A stretch of 63,867 bases of DNA, filler included, from Collodictyon triciliatum (GCA_043381765.1; 8 parts of 8 records of this genome joined end to end with filler, not necessarily neighbours in it), one strand, 5' to 3'. Shown: positions 32,901 through 48,515, numbered from the whole stretch's first letter. Program-made: numbers and translations. The notes: generated by a model not told the origin, from the letters alone.

Positions 32901-33918
32901 TTGTCAGAAGGAAGTGAAGGAAACTTTGGCCAACTGACGAGCCTCGTCGTATGGCTCAGGGACGTGCAGAGGAGACTTCCCAATGGTAATATTTGGAAAC
33001 CCAGATGTTCCTTATTAATAATTTAATTAATGTTGCTGACGCGTAAAGATGAAAGGGAAATGCGCATTCATCGCGTTTGGATGGCTGAGAGATACCTTTC
33101 TTTGGCGGGTTTGTTATAAATGGCTTCCTTGCTTCGGCTATTTCTGCCCTCGGCGACGGTCCTCGTTCTTTGTACGAGATAACCCCACCAAATGTCCCGT
33201 AATAATCACCAGAGCCGGTGCTATATGATAATAGATAGTGTGGATGTGAATGGGATGTTGGATTTATAAGTTTTATAGCTTTGTTTATGAATAAGATTTT
33301 CATAAGTAAACAAAAAATCTAGATATCAAAATCATATGTGGATAAAAATATAAAAATGTAAAATATATGGCAAGTATTTTATACAAAGATAATCATATAT
33401 AAGAAGCCATATAAAGAAGATCAGATACATTTCAAAAGGGCAACCTTTTCTTTGGAGGATTCGCATAGACAAATCCATTTCGTGTGAGGTTTTTCGCTTC
33501 TCCTTCTTGCCTCTCTTTCCTCTCATCAGAGATTCTTTCATCGTGCTTCTCTCCATCAAAGAGTCGCTGATAACCCGCGTATTTTCCGCCCCAATTGTCC
33601 GAGGTTTGTCCCCGCTTTGGTGGGTTTGTTTGAACCTGTCGGCCGACATAGCGCGAGTCTGGCTCTGGAGACGAAGCGAAAAGACACCATATAACACGCA
33701 TAGTAATATAGAAAGACGAATATAAATATGAAAAATGGGGGAAAAAAAGATGAAAGAGATGATGAAAGAGTGGAAAAGATGAAATATAAACGATAGGATA
33801 AGTATTTTCAAAACAAACCAAGTTTCTTTGTATAAGGATCGCCGACATTGATTGAGCCCGGCATTGAAAAGCAGCCCAGCGCAGGCAAAACGAGAGTCTC
33901 TTCAGATCGATCCTTCAT
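31852..33918 (-). CDS. CFAP96: Cilia/flagella-associated protein CFAP96 (C4orf47/UPF0602) homolog
   Basis: LGCFSMPGSINVGDPY, GRQVQTNPPKRG, YQRLFDGEKH, FVYANPPKKSTGSGDYYGTFG, FITNPPKKGTYGYPNITIG, GSFEKFPEY; TAA at 31852-31854. Confidence 0.8.
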
Positions 33919-34060
33919 AACCAGCCGCACTGCAGATACTAAGGTGTCTATCATTCAGTTCTATCTCACTTTCAGATTGCTTCGTTGCCTTGTTTATAAT
34001 AAGGTTTATATCTGTTGTGTTCCAGTCACCAACTCTGATAAGAAAAAGAAAAAGAAAAAG

Positions 34061-34145
34061 AAAAAGACAAAAGACAAAAGACAAAAGACAAAAGACAAAA
34101 GACAAAAGACAAAAGACAAAAGACAAAAGACAAAAGACAAAAGAC
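34061..34145. repeat. (AAAAGAC)n 7-mer repeat, intergenic
   Basis: About 12 perfect copies following an (AAAAAG)n run. Confidence 0.9.
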
Positions 34146-34363
34146 GAAAAAGAATGGGAGACCTTCAAAAAAGCGACAAAAGGAAACAACTCTAGAAATC
34201 CAGAAAGGAGATTTCAGCTATTCATGCCTTTTACAAAAATATATTCTGGAAAATAAGGGCAATGATTGCGTACTTTCCAACTAGCTGGGTGGGTTGTATC
34301 GGAGGTTTGGATTTCCAAGAAAGGTGTTTCGAAAGGGAAGTGACGAGAAGGGCGATGTGAGCT

Positions 34364-36169
34364 TTATTGCTTAAAGATCTCTTTCTTGAGGACCACACTC
34401 TTTTCCAATATTTCTTCAATCTTAAAGAGTTTCTCTTCTTCCTCGTCCAAAAACTATGTTTATATTTTAAGAATCAATACGTTATCAAACTTAAGATGAG
34501 AAAAAAAAAGGTGAGTTGTTGATTGGCGTGCGAATGTCGAGGAACGGTGGGACAAGTCGTTCTCATGTGCAACTTTGAAGATATAGAAAAAGGCCACATA
34601 AATGATATGGGACATTCACAAAGCTAAGGGCTACCTTTTCTATATCCCTGATGTTATCTTCGCTCAACTGAATCTCCTTCTTTTGGGGGATGAGGTCGAT
34701 GGCATAATCTAGTTCACTGATTAGTCCATCGGATACGTCCGTCGCGTTTAATTTTGATTCCAAATCTCTAATGACGCCACCGAAACGTCGCTCGTGGTCG
34801 GTTTCTTGGGAGCTGTACCATTTATTGCCAAAGTCTGCCTCCACACGGCCCAATTTCTATTCGGTTTGTATTATTAACAGATTGTTTATTTTTTTCAAAA
34901 AGAACATGGAAATAAGGGAAATATATGACAAAAAAGAAAAGAAAAGAAAAGAATAAAAGAATGATTTTATTGTAGGGAATTGAAAATGAAAGAAACCTGT
35001 GCGAACGTATCTTGTACTTTCACGAACTCATGGATAAGTTTTGACAATCTAGAGTCGATTTCTCTTTGTGCAGCCTCAACTTTCTGATGTAACTCGCCCA
35101 TTTTCTATGTTTGGTTGATAATAAGATGCAGATAGCTACATAATATCAAAAAAAAAAAAAAACTGAATGCAATTACAAGTATACAGCTCCATCAACCGAG
35201 TATACAAGGTAAGAACATTTGTACACTGATGTGTGTCACCTGTTTGTTCTCTGTAAGCTTTTTTTCGCCCTCTTTTAATCTGTTGATTCTTTCAAAAAAA
35301 GAATGCACGGCCTTTTCCTGTAAACAAAAAGTACCAAAAGATAGTTGGTCATTTAGCCGAAAAGAACCATAAGAAGAAGTAAAATAAAGAGAAACCCAGT
35401 AGATGGCATGAATTCTTTCAGAAAAACATACAATATTTTCTGATCCTCTTGACAAATCCATGATTTCAGCACCTTTGTTTAATAAACCGTGCAAAGAAAA
35501 AAAGTGAGAGAATGTTATCAGTTACGATTATATAATTTAGAAAATGTATTAGAGTCTATACCCTAGTCAAAAGAATACATCACATAGATTATATTGACAT
35601 AGAATGGATCCAATATATTAAACACCATTACTCTGTTCTTTGAGCCCAATCCCCGGCTGCCCAGGTTGTGCGGTTTGCCCAGGTTGTGCGGTTTGCCCAA
35701 AGGCAGGTGCTGCTTGAGTTTGTCCGAATATTGATGCTGCTTGAGTTTGTCCGAATATTGATGTTGGTTGAGTTTGACCAAAAGAAAGAGCCGGAGTTGC
35801 TTGAGTTTGTCCAGGTGTGGGTGTTGCAGGAGTTTGCCCGAAGCCAACTCCAAACCCTGTTGGTTGGGGTTGCCCAAAAGAAAGAGCCGGAGTTGCTTGA
35901 GTCTGTCCAAAAGAAAGACCCGGAGTTGCTTGAGTTTGTCCAGGTGTGGGTGTTGCAGGAGTTTGCCCGAAGCCAACTCCAAACCCTGTTGGTTGGGTTT
36001 GCCCAAAAGAAAGAGCCGGAGTTGCTTGAGTCTGTCCAAAAGAAAGAGCCGGAGTTGCTTGGGTTTGTCCAGGTGTGGGTGTTGCAGGAGTTTGCCCGAA
36101 GCCAAAGGTGCTTTGTGCAGTGGTTCCTCCTGCCAGGGTGTTGAGACTGAACGGAGCGAACGTGGACAT
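34364..36169 (-). CDS. FG-repeat nucleoporin, Nup54/Nup57-like
   Basis: N-terminal FGQT repeats, then coiled-coil exons ending RDLESKLNATDVSDGLISELD...LSEDNIRDIEKFLDEEEEKLFKIEEILEK...IFKQ*, resembling the Nup54 C-terminus. Confidence 0.65.
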
Positions 36170-36930
36170 ATTGGGTGGCGCCTGCTTGACTTTTGTATAG
36201 AAAGTTTTGTTATTTTCGTTCAAATATTCTTTTCTATCTTATCTCCTTTTTTTCTCTATTTTATCTCTCTTTTTTCTCTTACTTTCTGTTTTTTTTTAAT
36301 CTTTTCTGAGACCATTACCACAGATCACAACGCCATCAGTATTTTCAACCAAATCTCTGTAAATCTCAATGCCATCAAGTTCCATTCAAAATACGAATAA
36401 TTAATTGCACATAATAATTATTGCATATATATTTGTGTCAATATCAATGCTCAAGAACAAGTATATTAATTAAAGTAAATATAGCGTATAATATCCACGA
36501 ATGTATTATTCATAACCAAATTCGTTCCTTGATTCATAAGTAAAATGCGAATCAGCATATTTGGAAATTATCAGGCCTTCCTATTCCAGCACTTCTGAGA
36601 ACCAGACAAGAACCAAAGGGCGCAGCGCAGATACACGAAAACTGGACTTCCGAATTCCCAGAATGACCCACGAATGCTTCGGCTAATTCTCGCAGAGGCC
36701 AAAGCGAGCCAAAAGCGCTTATAAACAAAGGGGTGAGAAAATGATAAGGATTCAGTCGCGGCGGTTTCCCACTCGGCTCAAGTACATCAAATACTCATAT
36801 TTGCATCAAACTCACAAGGAAGCAGCTCTGCGCTGAAGTAAAACCACATGAAACAATCGTTGTTCTTGTCTGAAGAAGGCTTTTCCTAAATGACGTAGGA
36901 GTTCGAAAGAGACAGATTAAAGACACACAG

Positions 36931-38213
36931 ATGGATGCTCTGGCCATTCCCGAATTTCATAAAGAGCCCTCAGTATGTGGGATTTGCTTTGTGGATATTA
37001 ATCCCCTGGAGCTGCAAGTGGGGATGGCGTGCCACAGCTACTGCTTTGGGGTAGGATTCTCTTCCCTTCTCCCTGCTTGATTCCCTCTACTCGTGCCTTT
37101 GGCATGCTTTCATAGATATACACGCACATGAATAATGGGGAATTGGTGGACATTTGGGCTTTAATTCATAGTGTCAAGTCCACATGATTCTTTTGTACGA
37201 GAAACGATAGTACCGCTAATCAATTGGGTATGGCTATACAACCCACAGTGCTGGACTTCATGGGCAAAGGAGTGTGTCCGAGACGGAAGGGTGCCCGACA
37301 TTCCTTGCCTGACAGAGGGATGCAAGAACGCGTTGTCATGCCAATTTACAATTGCCATGTTATTTGAGAACGAAACACCCACACTTGTTCAGTACCACAC
37401 CAAAAGGTGACTAGAGCAACGCTATCCAGTATCGCCTTTATCTATCTCGAAGCATGTTCATTTTTTGCGTTCTTGACCCTTCTCGTGTGGAGGTTTACTA
37501 AAAGTTATTTTTTTCTTGTGTATGATATCATAGCCTCTACAAATCTATAGAGCTGCCTGATAGACTCGTTCGGTGCTCTGGGTCATGCCAGGCTTGGTGG
37601 ATTGCAGACACGTCTGCTTGCTACGAAACAGCATGCCCAACCTGCAAAATGGAGATTTGCTCAAACTGCTCTTGTGTGGCGCATCCTGACATGACCTGCG
37701 AGGAATACCAAAACTTTGTAAGTTAAACACAAACATGAGGGAAAATTAGATAGAGGAGGAATGACTCTTGCACTTTTTTATTTTATTTTATTCTAATCAG
37801 CACCTATTTTAAGACATGGAGCCATGGCTAACATATGCATCATTCTCAGATTGGCTCTCCTGACGGTTGGATTGGGACATTCACAAAGAAGTGCCCCAAG
37901 TGTGCGGTCGACATTCAAAAGAACGGTACAGTCGCCATCTCATACAGAACGAATAATCCCACTCTCTTATCTTTTATCTTTTCAAGTCGAGAATGGTTCG
38001 TATAATTCATGCATACGATTTTTTTTTTAAATCATGATAATAAAAATTAAAGGAGGCTGCAATTCCATGACGTGCTCTCAATGCAACTTCGTCTTCTGCT
38101 GGATGTGCCGAACCCCCTTCGGGTCAGAGGGAAACAACCACTCGGAATGCTACAACCGAATGGCCTCTGAAGAGCGCATTCTAAATGCCACGATGAGAGG
38201 AACGCAGGAAAAT
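36931..38213 (+). CDS. RBR (RING1-IBR-RING2, Ariadne-like) E3 ubiquitin ligase; 5' end uncertain, 3' end cut by the contig end
   Basis: RING1 CGIC...CHSYCFGCW...IPCLTEGC; IBR VRCSGSC...CPTCKMEICSNC...HPDMTC; RING2 [33 protein letters not shown]. Confidence 0.9.
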
Positions 38214-38451
38214 GTATGAACCAACACAATCAAACAGTGAAAAAAACAAAAAAAAACAACAAAAAAAAAAACAACAAAAAACACCAAAAACAACAAAAAA
38301 ACCACAACAAAAAAAACCAAAAAACAACACNNNNNNNNNNNNNNNNNNNNNNNNNNNNNNNNNNNNNNNNNNNNTTAATTAATTAANNNNNNNNNNNNNN
38401 NNNNNNNNNNNNNNNNNNNNNNNNNNNNNNTGCGCGCATTCTCTCGCTCTA

Positions 38452-39693
<1,242 letters not shown>

Positions 39694-39882
39694 TTGATAT
39701 AGTTCTTGATTTCGACAAAGTGGCGTTGAGGAATCGTTTCAATCATCACACAATGATCAAAACATATAAGCGTGATCGTCCGGTTTATCATTCCTTTGAT
39801 TATATATATATAAAGAAAAAAATACAGACGCCGTCAAGCACTCGGTCATTCACGTGTTGGCTTCGCCGCTGCTTCATCAGTC

Positions 39883-40967
39883 ATGTATGATCTCTGTGTC
39901 CAATTCACGCAGAACGACGTGCCCAACTTGCAGAAGATGATCAGCTTCGCCGAGTCTCGTGAGTCGTGAATACACCCTCTCTTTTTCAGTCTTATCCTTC
40001 ACTTTCTGCCTTGGCCCGTTTGCCGATTCTCATTCTTTTGCGCTGCGGCCCTTTGCTGCTTTGGACAGTTGGGTATAGCACCATCGCTTTGAATGTCACC
40101 GTGTTGCCAAAGCAACCCATTCCCTCAAAGGTACACTTTACTATTTAGCAAAAGAAGAAAACAGAAAAGAAGAAAAGAGAAGAAGAGAGGGAGGAAAGAA
40201 GAAAACAGAAAAGAAGAGAAGAAGAAGAAAGGAGAAAAGAGAAAAATGAGAAAAGGAGGAAAGAAGATTAAAGAAGAAAAGAAAAAGGGGAAAGTAGGAA
40301 TACATCAGGAGAAAAGGAAAAGAATCTAAACTATTTTGTGTGAACGGCCAGGACAAAATAAACTTGAAGCAGCTTGGAATCGAGACTCGACTAAACATCC
40401 TGAAGCGTGTGACGATACAAGTGGACGATTCAACCGATATCCTTCGAATTGTATGAGATAGATTTCAAACATCCATCCTATAAGTTTCTTGATAATCAGG
40501 CCACGACACAATTACTAATGTCCTTTCGATTGATAATTAATTTACCAATGTATTTCATCTCACTTTTATTGTTATTTTATTATTGAAATTTGAAAGTATA
40601 ATGATTTTTTCGTGTTCTTATATATTCTGTCTTGCTGATAGCTTTTCGTCATCATTTGTGTCTAACAGAGAGATTATATGATTCTTATTCCACACTGTAG
40701 TCGAAGATGCATCAAGAAGCAAAATCATATGATGTCATATCAATCATGCCGATTACAAGGGAGAGTTTCTTGCGCTGTATAAATATCCAGGACGTTTCCC
40801 TCATCACCTATATGTTCGAGACAAATGTCTACATACTCAAGAAAGCACTCTCTCAAGCTGCCCAAAAGGAAAAATTCATAGAGATTTTCTATTCAATGGC
40901 ACTTACGGGTAACCTCTTTAATTTTCACGGCTGGGCTCGATACAATTCAGTATTAATTTATTTTTTA

Positions 40968-40998
<31 letters not shown>

Positions 40999-41868
40999 AT
41001 TTATTTTTACAAAATTTTAAATAATGTTTTGGCAAGGGACCTAATTTCTGCCCCATTAAATTACAGAGAGTGAGACTCGCAAGCGCTTTCTGACTGAGAC
41101 GTCCGCCTTATTTACAATCACAAGAAGCAAAAACATAATTTTCAGCAGCAACGCGAAGACTCCCCTCGAAATGCGCAGTCCTTACGACATTTCAAACATG
41201 TTAGTATAGTTGATGTTAACATGCCTTTGCATACATTTCAGATAACATTTAGGTACTTATAATTGCTATGATGTATGAACAATCTACTTGTAAAGCACCT
41301 TATAACTCATTGTTTTTTCTTTCAAAAAGAGCTCTTGTCTTTGGCATGCCATCGAATGAGGCTAACAAAGTTGTTCATGCGAATCCCCGCTCCTATTTGA
41401 TGCAAAAACGTATCATTTTTTTTTTGGTTAAGCAAAATCTCATTTTTTCCCCTCATTTCCGATATTCCAGATTTAATTATTGTTTACACGTAATTTCCTT
41501 TTATTCACAATATTCTTTTTGAATAATAGGTGCTTTGTTGGACACATATAAAGCGACACTTTCGATTGGGAGCGGCGAGGTTTGAGCATTCTAGAGTTAT
41601 TTACATATCAAAACGCCGAAGCATTATTTTTCTTCTCTTCATTTTCCCAAATCATACGTATGAAAAAAAAATAAGATGATGGTTGTTATCATCGATTGGA
41701 AGAGATAAAAATAAAAAAAAGGAGGTTTATGATTGCATGATTATATACAAATTGGCCAATCTGCTTTGGCTCAGTATATATCCCATGATGATAATGTTAT
41801 ATTTCGAAATGAATCATTTGCAGGCATCCAGCGCACCTTCAGGAAAGAAGCGAAAGCAAACCAACTAG
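39883..41868 (+). CDS. RPP30: RNase P/MRP subunit p30
   Basis: MYDLCV...LGYSTIALN, ILKRVTI, YDVISIMP, IEIFYS, NIIFSSNA...LEMRSPYDISN...VFGM; TAG at 41866-41868. Confidence 0.88.
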
Positions 41869-42448
41869 AAACGCGCACTCGTATTGCATCTGCCCATCTG
41901 ATTTAATGTTTGATTCCCTTTCGAAATAAACCAAATCAACCAGACATCATCTACAACGTTGATTATGTGGCCCACAGCGCTCCATCAATTTCAAAGAACA
42001 ATATTTCTCAATCCAAGGGTAAACCGAAAGACACCGAAATCTCAAGGTCAGTGTGTGCCTTTAGCTTCGCTGCCAAAGTATATTTTCATAGACATTTCCA
42101 AGGATGCAGTAACGAATACTTTGAAAGCACTTGCCTAGGATGTTGCACCAAAGTTCAGAGACCCGACCCTTGTTTTTTTTTGTTTTTTGTTTTTTGTTTT
42201 TTTTTTCGAATATGTTGTTCTATCAATAGGGGAAAAAAAAGGCCCGCGCAAGAGAGCATATTCGCATTTAGAGGCGTTTTGAGTATCGCAGTTTGCCTTT
42301 ATGTCCCCTTCATAAAAATAGTCAGAAAGAAAAAGAAGAGGAGCTTGATGAACTCTGCATATTCCCTTCGATGTATAGATGTCATCAAACAACGACAAGC
42401 CTTTGACTTTCCCGTGATGTAATCCTCAACCAGTGTCGGAATCATTCG

Positions 42449-44888
42449 TCAATTCTGGGCTCTGGAAATGTATTGAAAGCGCACCATTCCATTGAAGCCA
42501 CCGCTGACCACTAGACATTTGTCTCTGTTTGCCTTTAAGCGGCACGCATGGAGTGCTACCTCGCGGGGCGGATGCTGGCCTTCTCCCTGAAGAGCGAAGC
42601 AATTCAATTTATTTCAATATAATTCAATCCAATACAATTCAATCCCATTCAAATCCATTCAATCCGATTCAATTCAATCAAATCAAATACAATTCAAATA
42701 CAATTCAAATCAAATCGAAAAAACTTTTCATACATCTCGCATATTGTAATACGAGAAATAATTTCGGTTTCGAATATATTTGAAAAAAAATAACCGAAAA
42801 ATTAAGAGAGAAAGAGAGAAAGAGAGAGAGAGAAAAAAAGAAGTAAGGTATGATAAAAGAGAAAACAGGATGAATGCTTTTTGTTTTCTCGACCTTTGCC
42901 CAAGGAGCCCAAGACTCTGTGAAAGGTTTGGAGTTGATGGTATACAATTCGGCAAGACGACCGAAACTAGCCTCTGATTTGTTATCCAGAGTTATTCTGT
43001 GAAGAACATTCCGCACTTTCCCGGTTCGTGGCTTAAATCGATACGTCGTACATATGAGATTAAATATGAAATTAAAAAAAAAAGAGAGAGAGAGGAGCGA
43101 TATAAAATAATAGAGGGAGGCAATCAAGTACATAAACATATCAAAAAATTGACAAAATAGTTATTTGGCTGTAGGGAAATGAAACCTTTTTTAAGGAGTT
43201 TGTAGTCATGGTAAGCATTCCGTTACAACCACAGGAGATTATCTTATCGTCTGCCTCATCCAGGCTCTGGAATCATGATTAGAATATTGTTAGACTTGAC
43301 AACCGAGAAAGAAGAAAGAACATTTATAAAAGAATGTCCACAAGCTGCTCTAAAATGTGCCGTAATGTCGATGATGTACTACATGAAAAGTTTGCATAAA
43401 TGAAATCTATCATACAGTAACCTACCCAAACATCCCCTGTGTGAGTATTTTTGGTCTGCGTCTTCATTGTTTGTATCTCTAGCATTCGAACGTTTTCTTC
43501 TTCCGTGACAAAGATGGGGCCTACATCCGACTCCCATGAAATACTTGATATCCATGCTGGAAATCAAAAAAAGAGAGAGAAAAAGAATGATTAAAAAAAA
43601 TGAAGGCGATGTGAATTATTATATAAATGGTTGAATAATGCTTTCATTCTTAATTTAATGCCCAAGGATATGATGCTATGGTAAACAAAGAACGAAGGGG
43701 TTCCTTTTTATGTGATGGAGAAAGGGCTAGATAAATGTCTTCTTTAAACAAAGGGGTTGATTGTTGAATCAACTAGAACAAGCCAACCATATGACGTTGT
43801 TCCGATAGGTTGATAGACATCCCGCAAATCCCATATCTTCATGTCACTATCGTTGCCTCCAATGGCGACGACATTGTGATTTGATGGATTAAAAGCGATT
43901 CCTCTGATTGCAGAGTCCATACACTTGATACAAAGGAGAGAAAATATTTCATGACTTGTGTACGATAATTGGATTGGTAATAAAGAGTCAAACGCAAAGC
44001 AAACTTGCCGTTGGTTCACAATCAACATTTTTTTTTCAATAGTAGAAAGAAAGAATATATATATATATTTACATGCTTTGAAAAGGATTAAACAGAACTT
44101 TGAATCTGTACAAGTAAGATGCGTGGATGGTCGACGGGCCAGAAACATCCGGTATTGAATTCTCGGCCAAACAATCAATATTCCATACAGTTGCATAGCC
44201 TGAATTTTAGCGCATAAAGTAAATCAGGAATACAAGCAGAATAAAGTGCATTTTATGTTGGAAACCCTGTTCATTTATTGTCAAAATCATTTCATCATAT
44301 TCTTACAAGAGCATATTCATACATAGGTCTATTGTTTGTTGTATTTTCAAATACCATCTGAACCGCCAGCAATAAGGATTGGGGCTTTGCGATTCGGCGA
44401 CCATTTGATGACGTATGATAAAAAAGATGCACTATGAAACATCCATGAACAGTGTGGCTGAACCGCAACCACACCGCTCGAGAACTCCAGGAGCTCACTG
44501 CTTTTGTCTACACTCTGCTCCTTAGGAATCGGGTAGATACCCAAAACCCCGTCACTAAAAGATACTGTCAACCAGCCTATCATGTCAGTGTCCGACTGTA
44601 AAATAAAAGGGATGCGATTGCAAAGGCGTTAGAGTTAAAAAAGGAGAATTTTATTCAGGAATGTAATTCTTTCTCATACGAGACATAGTAAACCCGCATA
44701 CAGATAGCCAAGATAAAGAAATTATATAAAATTTTTGGAACTCTTTATATGCACAATGTAATGGCCCCATAGTTTACTCAATAATCGAAAGAAAGAAAAA
44801 AGAAAGAAAAAAGAAAGAAAAAAGAAAGAAAAAAGAAAGAAAAAAGAAAGAAAAAAGAAAGAAAGAAAGAAAGAAAAAAGAAAGAAAA

Positions 44889-44924
<36 letters not shown>

Positions 44925-47818
44925 ATGAATGAATGAATGAATATTTGGCTTGCCTGGTTAGTTTTTGGAATGGTGTCATCTCCAAAAGGCGCCCAACACA
45001 TATCCAAAACAAATCCATGGTCGTGCGATATGTCAAAGACATGCTTAGTCTCTAGAGGACTAGTTTTCCATATCTTAAACAAAGTAATATTGTCAGAGAT
45101 TGGAAATGAACACTATATACACCTTAGAAACGAACTTTTAATTTTTAGGAACGAATCAAAATTTCTATTTCTATTGTATATATGTAACAAAACCAAGGTA
45201 TGATATGGGATGGCAAATTAATAGCGTACATGAGTTGTATACAAAAAAAAAAAAAAGTTAATGCCTTACTTGAATGAAGCCATGGCCGTAGTACATCTGA
45301 CTGACAAAATGTCTTGTGTGACGCGGGCGAGTGCCAACCGCAACAAAACTGAGATGATTTATTTATTCAGGTAAAAAAAAAAAAGAGAGAGAGAGGATAT
45401 TTTGAATAGAAATTGGATAAATGCACAGATTCAGGTCCCTTTTGAGAGAAATCATAAATAGACCTGGCAATACATAAGCCATGATTACATACTTTTCAGA
45501 CCCGTACGATATGGCAATAGACCATACTGAACCTCCACAATTTGTCAAAAAGTCTCCCTGGAAAAACAGAGTAATGCAGTTACTTTTAAAATAGAATAAA
45601 TTTTCAACCACCGAGAGAGCATATGGACATTAGATTGAGAATGAAAACCAAGAAAAGAAATGTAAACAGCTTCATGGATTACCCCAGAGATGATAAGAAA
45701 AGGAGGAAATAACAAAAATAAAAGAAATGTGTCAAAAATAAAACCTTGCCGACTTCGTGCACTTCGTAAAGACTCAAAAAACGAGCCGAGGGCAAAGGGC
45801 GATTTAAAAGCTCGTCTGTTACATAGCCGATTCCGCGGTTATTCCGAGGTGTTTCATTCATCAGATCCCCATTCGACCTAAAGTATTGTTGTATGGTTAC
45901 AAATAGAGGAATTTCAAAGAAACTTCACGTTTAAAAAAAAGTGGCGGATATGGAATCGTCATTACCCAATATCTTGTGACTCAAGTGGAATATGAAGTTG
46001 AATGGATGAGGGTCGTACACGCCAACAGTTTTCCTTGTTAAAAACTGGAAGATTCTGAATAAATTTCTCTGTCGTACTGGTCACCTACCAACCCAGTATC
46101 AGAATACATTTCGAGTGAGTTTGCAGTATTTTGATTGTTATGGGGTGGACTTTTAAACGTATTCTTTTCACACAAAATAAATTATAAGGTGACGTTTATA
46201 TAAATATATTTAAGTCAAGCTAATTGGTATCTGAGAAAATGATTGTTGATTTGATTAATTTACCTCTCTTGAGTAAACATTTTTGGAAATGGTTCAGATA
46301 ATCCAGAAGGTGATAAGTTTTATTGCTTTTTAGATCAATAGGATATTCAGATGTTTCTAACTTTTTTTTTTTTTTATACATAATACCCAAATTGAAATTG
46401 TTACTTTGCTTTTCGGGTTCTTCTGGTTGAAATAGGCGATGGATGTCGAGGAGCCTTTATTTTTTTTTTTAAAAAAAATTATTTATTTTTGTTACAAACG
46501 AAATATGAAAACACTTTTTTTTAAAAAAAAAAAAAATTAAAATAAAAAAAAACGACTCTTTGATATTTCACCAGTATTCCACCGATTCTATTGACTGAAT
46601 GGTAAATATATATCCTGCGTGGTAGAGACACAAAATTATGAATGAAGATATGCTACCTTGGCAACCTCATTTGGTTGTGTCATGTGTTGGGAATTTTCTC
46701 TACAACAAAATGAAAGAAAATCACTACATCGGCTTGATGGGGATATGTTGGTACAGAGACATAAAACTAATTTGTTCTCTAATTTGACCATTGAGGAGAA
46801 GAAACTGTTTGTTTATGGTGTGTTGTTGGATTACCTTGGTGATAACTCCGTAAATGTATTTGATGCAATAGGAATATACGGTTGGCCGGATATATGGTCT
46901 ATCGAGTGGATCTGCGATTTTTCACATGCAAGGCCAGCTTCGATATTTCCAACTAGAATGTTGACGGAAAAGAAAAAAATGGTTGTTTTGTCAGATTTGG
47001 TAAGAATTAATATGCTTCGGCTATTTTCATGCATATCGATGTATTCTTTTCTCAGCAAATAAGGAAGTAAATTTTAGGCTAGTAAAAGTAAAAAAAAAAA
47101 GTAAAAAAAAAAAAATTGACAGTCTGTTGTTCTGATGGCAGTAGGACATAATATCATACTATCTGAATTCATCTCTTGATTCTGAAGCTCAACATTGTCG
47201 GAATCATTCAATTTCTGTGATTCTGTTGGCTTTGGAGGTGACATTATGAATTATAAAATACAATACAAATAGAATTCAATACAAATGTAAATAAATTAAA
47301 AATGTAAATGCAAATAATATATAAATTCAAATACAAATCCTAGTGAGAGTAAAATTACCCGTTTCCTTTTCGATAAGAAAGAAGTTAGGGTGGTTTGGCC
47401 ATATGTAGATGTCGATGTTTTGCTCTGTCTTGTAATCGGTGCCTTTGTCCTCTGCATGGGCGTCGATATGGAATCTGTTTCACCCGCCTTCGATGGCAGC
47501 GGAGACGAGAGTCGTTTTCCTGGAGAATCAACCCAATGTGTCATTTGGAGTTGGATTCCATCGTCCAAATCACCCATAGATTCCCTTGCAGCGGCATTGG
47601 AGTTGTCGTTCTCTGGAGTGGCCTATGTTTTCAAGCATATTCTGATTCTCAAGCAAAAGGCAAATATCAAAAGTAAAAACAAAAATGGAATAGTGTTGAC
47701 AAGTATGCAGCTAAATTATTTCGGGCGGTGAATGTAAAGGAAAAACTCAAACCTTTTCGAGAGTCTGCGATTTTGGTGGGCGTCCACGCCTCTTTGGAGT
47801 AGGATTTTTGTCGGCCAT
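42449..47818 (-). CDS. GTF3C2: WD40 protein with N-terminal AT-hook, TFIIIC subunit 2 (TFIIIC110/Tfc6)-like
   Basis: Starts MADKNPTPKRRGRPPK; later NCGGSVWSIA, GFIQIW, ISHDHGFVLDMCWAP, IGWLTVSFSDG, MKIWDLRD; ends VVSGGFNGMVRFQ. Confidence 0.72.
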
Positions 47819-48159
47819 CTCTTGTTTTTTTATTGTTTTTATTTGTTTTTATTTGTTTTTATTTGTTTTTATTTGTTTTTATTTGTTTTTATTTGTTTTT
47901 ATTTGTTTTTATTTGTTTTTATTTGGTTTTATNNNNNNNNNNNNNNNNNNNNNNNNNNNNNNNNNNNNNNNNNNNNTTAATTAATTAANNNNNNNNNNNN
48001 NNNNNNNNNNNNNNNNNNNNNNNNNNNNNNNNAGGAAAAAAAAGGAAAAGGAAAAGGAAAAGGAAAAGGAAAAGGAAAAGGAAAAGGAATAGGAATAGGA
48101 AAAGGAAAAGGAAATTATAAAAGAGAAAGAAAAGTGAATGAAGAAAAGGGTCTAGACGT

Positions 48160-48192
<33 letters not shown>

Positions 48193-48475
48193 TAAAGCTA
48201 CCAAAGAGTACTTTGCTTTGTTATTTTCTGTGCCGGATGAAAACAAGATCGTGCCTTTTGGTGAGCCGTGTTGTTTCTCCTTGCGCTGTGTCGGACGATC
48301 TGTTTTAGAAAGCAAACTTGCAAGTTTGTGTGTGTAAACAGTGATCGAATAACCCGAAGCCTTTTGGTTCACAGCAATGACAAACGCCTGCCTGGCTGCG
48401 TTGTTCTGACATAACATATTTGCCGTGCTGAATTCTTTTTCAATACACGCTCAGAATAATCAGAATCGAATAATG

Positions 48476-48515
<40 letters not shown>

